A stretch of 64,000 nucleotides of DNA from Enoplolaimus lenunculus (taxonomy: Eukaryota): assembly GCA_030248215.1 (NCBI GenBank), contig JASANG010002365.1:186001-250000 (forward strand). The letters run 5' to 3'. The notes beneath the pieces are model-generated. The model was not told the DNA's origin, did no database searches, and was given only the letters and a program-made list of their open reading frames with translations. This document shows, piece by piece, positions 61,756-64,000 of the stretch (position 1 is its first letter; every line of letters starts with the position of its first letter). The position numbers were made by a program, and so were the translations under genes.

Positions 61756-62795
61756 CAATTTGAGAACACATTAGTAATATTTTATGCACGTATCTATCCT
61801 TAGCCTTATAAAAACTGCTGTAGATAATAACGTTGCTCATGTATGGATTTGTCCTCAGGTGAGGGTCTACTCGGGCCAAACCTTTCACACACGACTGTTT
61901 GCGACAGCCGCGATCTCACGTGCAGTTTCCGTCCGTAGTGCGCGAGAAGCAGGGCTCAGCAGCCACCCATACCGAACCTGTTTTGGCGTGCAGCCCATCG
62001 GTACATTATTCTATCAGGATAACCAGTCGCCATGGTGCAAAGCGGAACAGGATTATACCAGAATCGAAATCGGTACTACAGAGTTTGTGACTAAACAGAT
62101 AATTTGTATTAACAAGTGTAATATTTATTTAGGGCGTCTGTTGGTTGGCAACAATTCGCACAAACTTCGCATGAACAAATTGGTATTGATAAGTTAACTC
62201 CGAAATCAATTTAATGGATATATAAATGATACACAATTTTTGTGCAACATACCACAACAAGTAGGCCTAAAATAAAATTTCAAACTTTCGATTCCCAATC
62301 TAACCGGAACCGGAATTCCCGTTGCACCCTGCCAGTCGCCACAAGTGACTACCGAATTGTGCGCCACTACGACGCACAACATGCCTTGTTTATCTGCAAT
62401 TTATACCGGAGAACCAACGTAATATAATGTTGTGGAATTGGCGATAATCGACTCAGCGGTAGAGAGTTTGCCAAAGAATCGTAGGTCGCTAATTCGAACC
62501 TACCCGTAATCCGCTTTTCCAGATATAGTAAAAAGGCCTTAAGTTTACAATCCTAAAACGCGAGTTGGACACGGTATCGAGTCGAAATGGGATGGACAAA
62601 CAAGGGATGAGCTTTTGTCATAATATGGCGATGCATGGAGACAACATAAACCTCATGCTGATGCTGCACAGCGGTTAAAATACTTAAGCTTATGTAGTGC
62701 CTCTTATGCACCAGCAGTAAAGACATGGAAGAACAAAGATGCATGTGTATGGTTCTTATAATGCATAAAAAAGAAAAACTCGGCAATCATTGCGA

Positions 62796-62860
62796 GGCGG
62801 CGTGGCACAGCGGTGGTGCACTAAACTTTGGCCATGGGTCATGGGATCGAAACCTCATAA
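62796..62860 (+). mobile_element. tRNA-derived SINE-like head (degenerate)
   Basis: A-box-like TGGCACAGCGG and B-box-like GGATCGAAACC, with no intact cloverleaf. A similar remnant lies at ~62450-62506. Confidence 0.4.
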
Positions 62861-64000
62861 GAACGCACCTCATTTTCAGCCGCAACCACTCAACTTTTAA
62901 CTGTCGTACGCGTGCCTACCCAACTTATCACTAGGAATGTGCACATTAATCGGCATCGGTAATAATCGGCACTGTTCGATAGCAGCCAGCAGGAATGCTA
63001 TCAGATTTATTTCTGGGCGCATATCAGTGTGTCTGGTCAAGAAAACTGTTAGCTCTCTTGTGTCCAAATTATTTCCCAGTTTCTTTGACAAGGTACCTAG
63101 CCCAAACGCCGGCAAGTTCGTCTCAAACACTCGGTAGTATAATACATTAAAACAGCAGGAGCGGCCCAGTTGCACACCATTTAACGAAAACCAGCAAGTT
63201 CCTGCAAGTACAGCCAACATGACCTTGCATACTATCGCGAGAACAACCAGCATGCTACCCTAGCTATATCAACACGGTTCATAAATGTTTTACAGGGTGC
63301 TTTCGTGTGAAATTTAGTTCAAACAAATAACTACCGATGTGCAAGCATGGCCGAGCACGAACTTATGGTCAAAAATTTGCGATGGGATAGTGGGTTTTGG
63401 CATGTTGAAAATTGGTTATGAAATCTTTCGTCCGAGCAAATTGCTTTGTGCAGATTATCTTATCTTTTGAAAACTGGCGTAGGGCGCTATTTGCAAGTAA
63501 ACAAGTACAAATTTTCGTACGATGAAATAGAACTGTTGTAAATGCGCAAGGTTTTCTAGAAACGTACATTTTAAGATTTCTCACTTCTTTCAGTTGCCAG
63601 TTGCTTTGTAGTTGAACACATCCACTTGTATTAATTGGATTATACTTATCGCAGTCGTTAGTTTTCAGCTACATGTTGTACGCTCAAGAAATTTTTTGTC
63701 TTATAAATGATGGTTCGTTTTTCATACATGAGAAGTTTGCCCTTGTTCATTTTGCAAGATATACATAGCTAAGTCAATATTTGTGCATATCACAAACAAT
63801 TGAAGTTCATTGTCATTGTAACGCTATCAATAGATGATTTAGAAAATTTTTATTTATAATCGGGTGAAGAAGAAGGCGATCTTTACGATGTTTATCAAAT
63901 GAAAAGCACCGTGTAGCAAATGGAATTCCGATTCTTGTGAATTAAATTTCAATACCGGTTTCGATTAAATTAAGTGCCGTTTTGCTTGGCAGCCTGTTGT

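Overview
AT-rich eukaryotic genomic DNA, most likely nematode (TTAGGC telomere-type repeats, nematode-like RACK1 residues, GT-AG introns; this is an inference and the species cannot be determined). Five spliced genes were reconstructed by hand with consistent intron phases: two tandem phospholipid-scramblase paralogues (+, 11311-17202 and 20572-27556), RACK1 (-, 35131-40258), a membrane-anchored sulfotransferase-fold protein (+, 49078-54910) and p47/NSFL1C (-, 57046-61755). The rest is dense in non-autonomous transposons: GGCC-ended MITEs with 8-bp TSDs that carry variable-length TTAGGC arrays, CACTG-ended MITEs, hAT-like, Harbinger-like and piggyBac-like elements (the last carrying a tRNA-Gly-like Pol III cassette), and a Helentron-like element with ~155-bp central repeats. 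There are also two RNase-H-bearing non-LTR fragments with (CAA)n tails and a ~4-kb satellite of 50-bp monomers containing a telomere-like motif. The most notable pattern is a transposon family dispersing telomeric-repeat arrays, next to tandem arrays of several sizes that arise inside MITEs. No prokaryotic features or CRISPR arrays are present.
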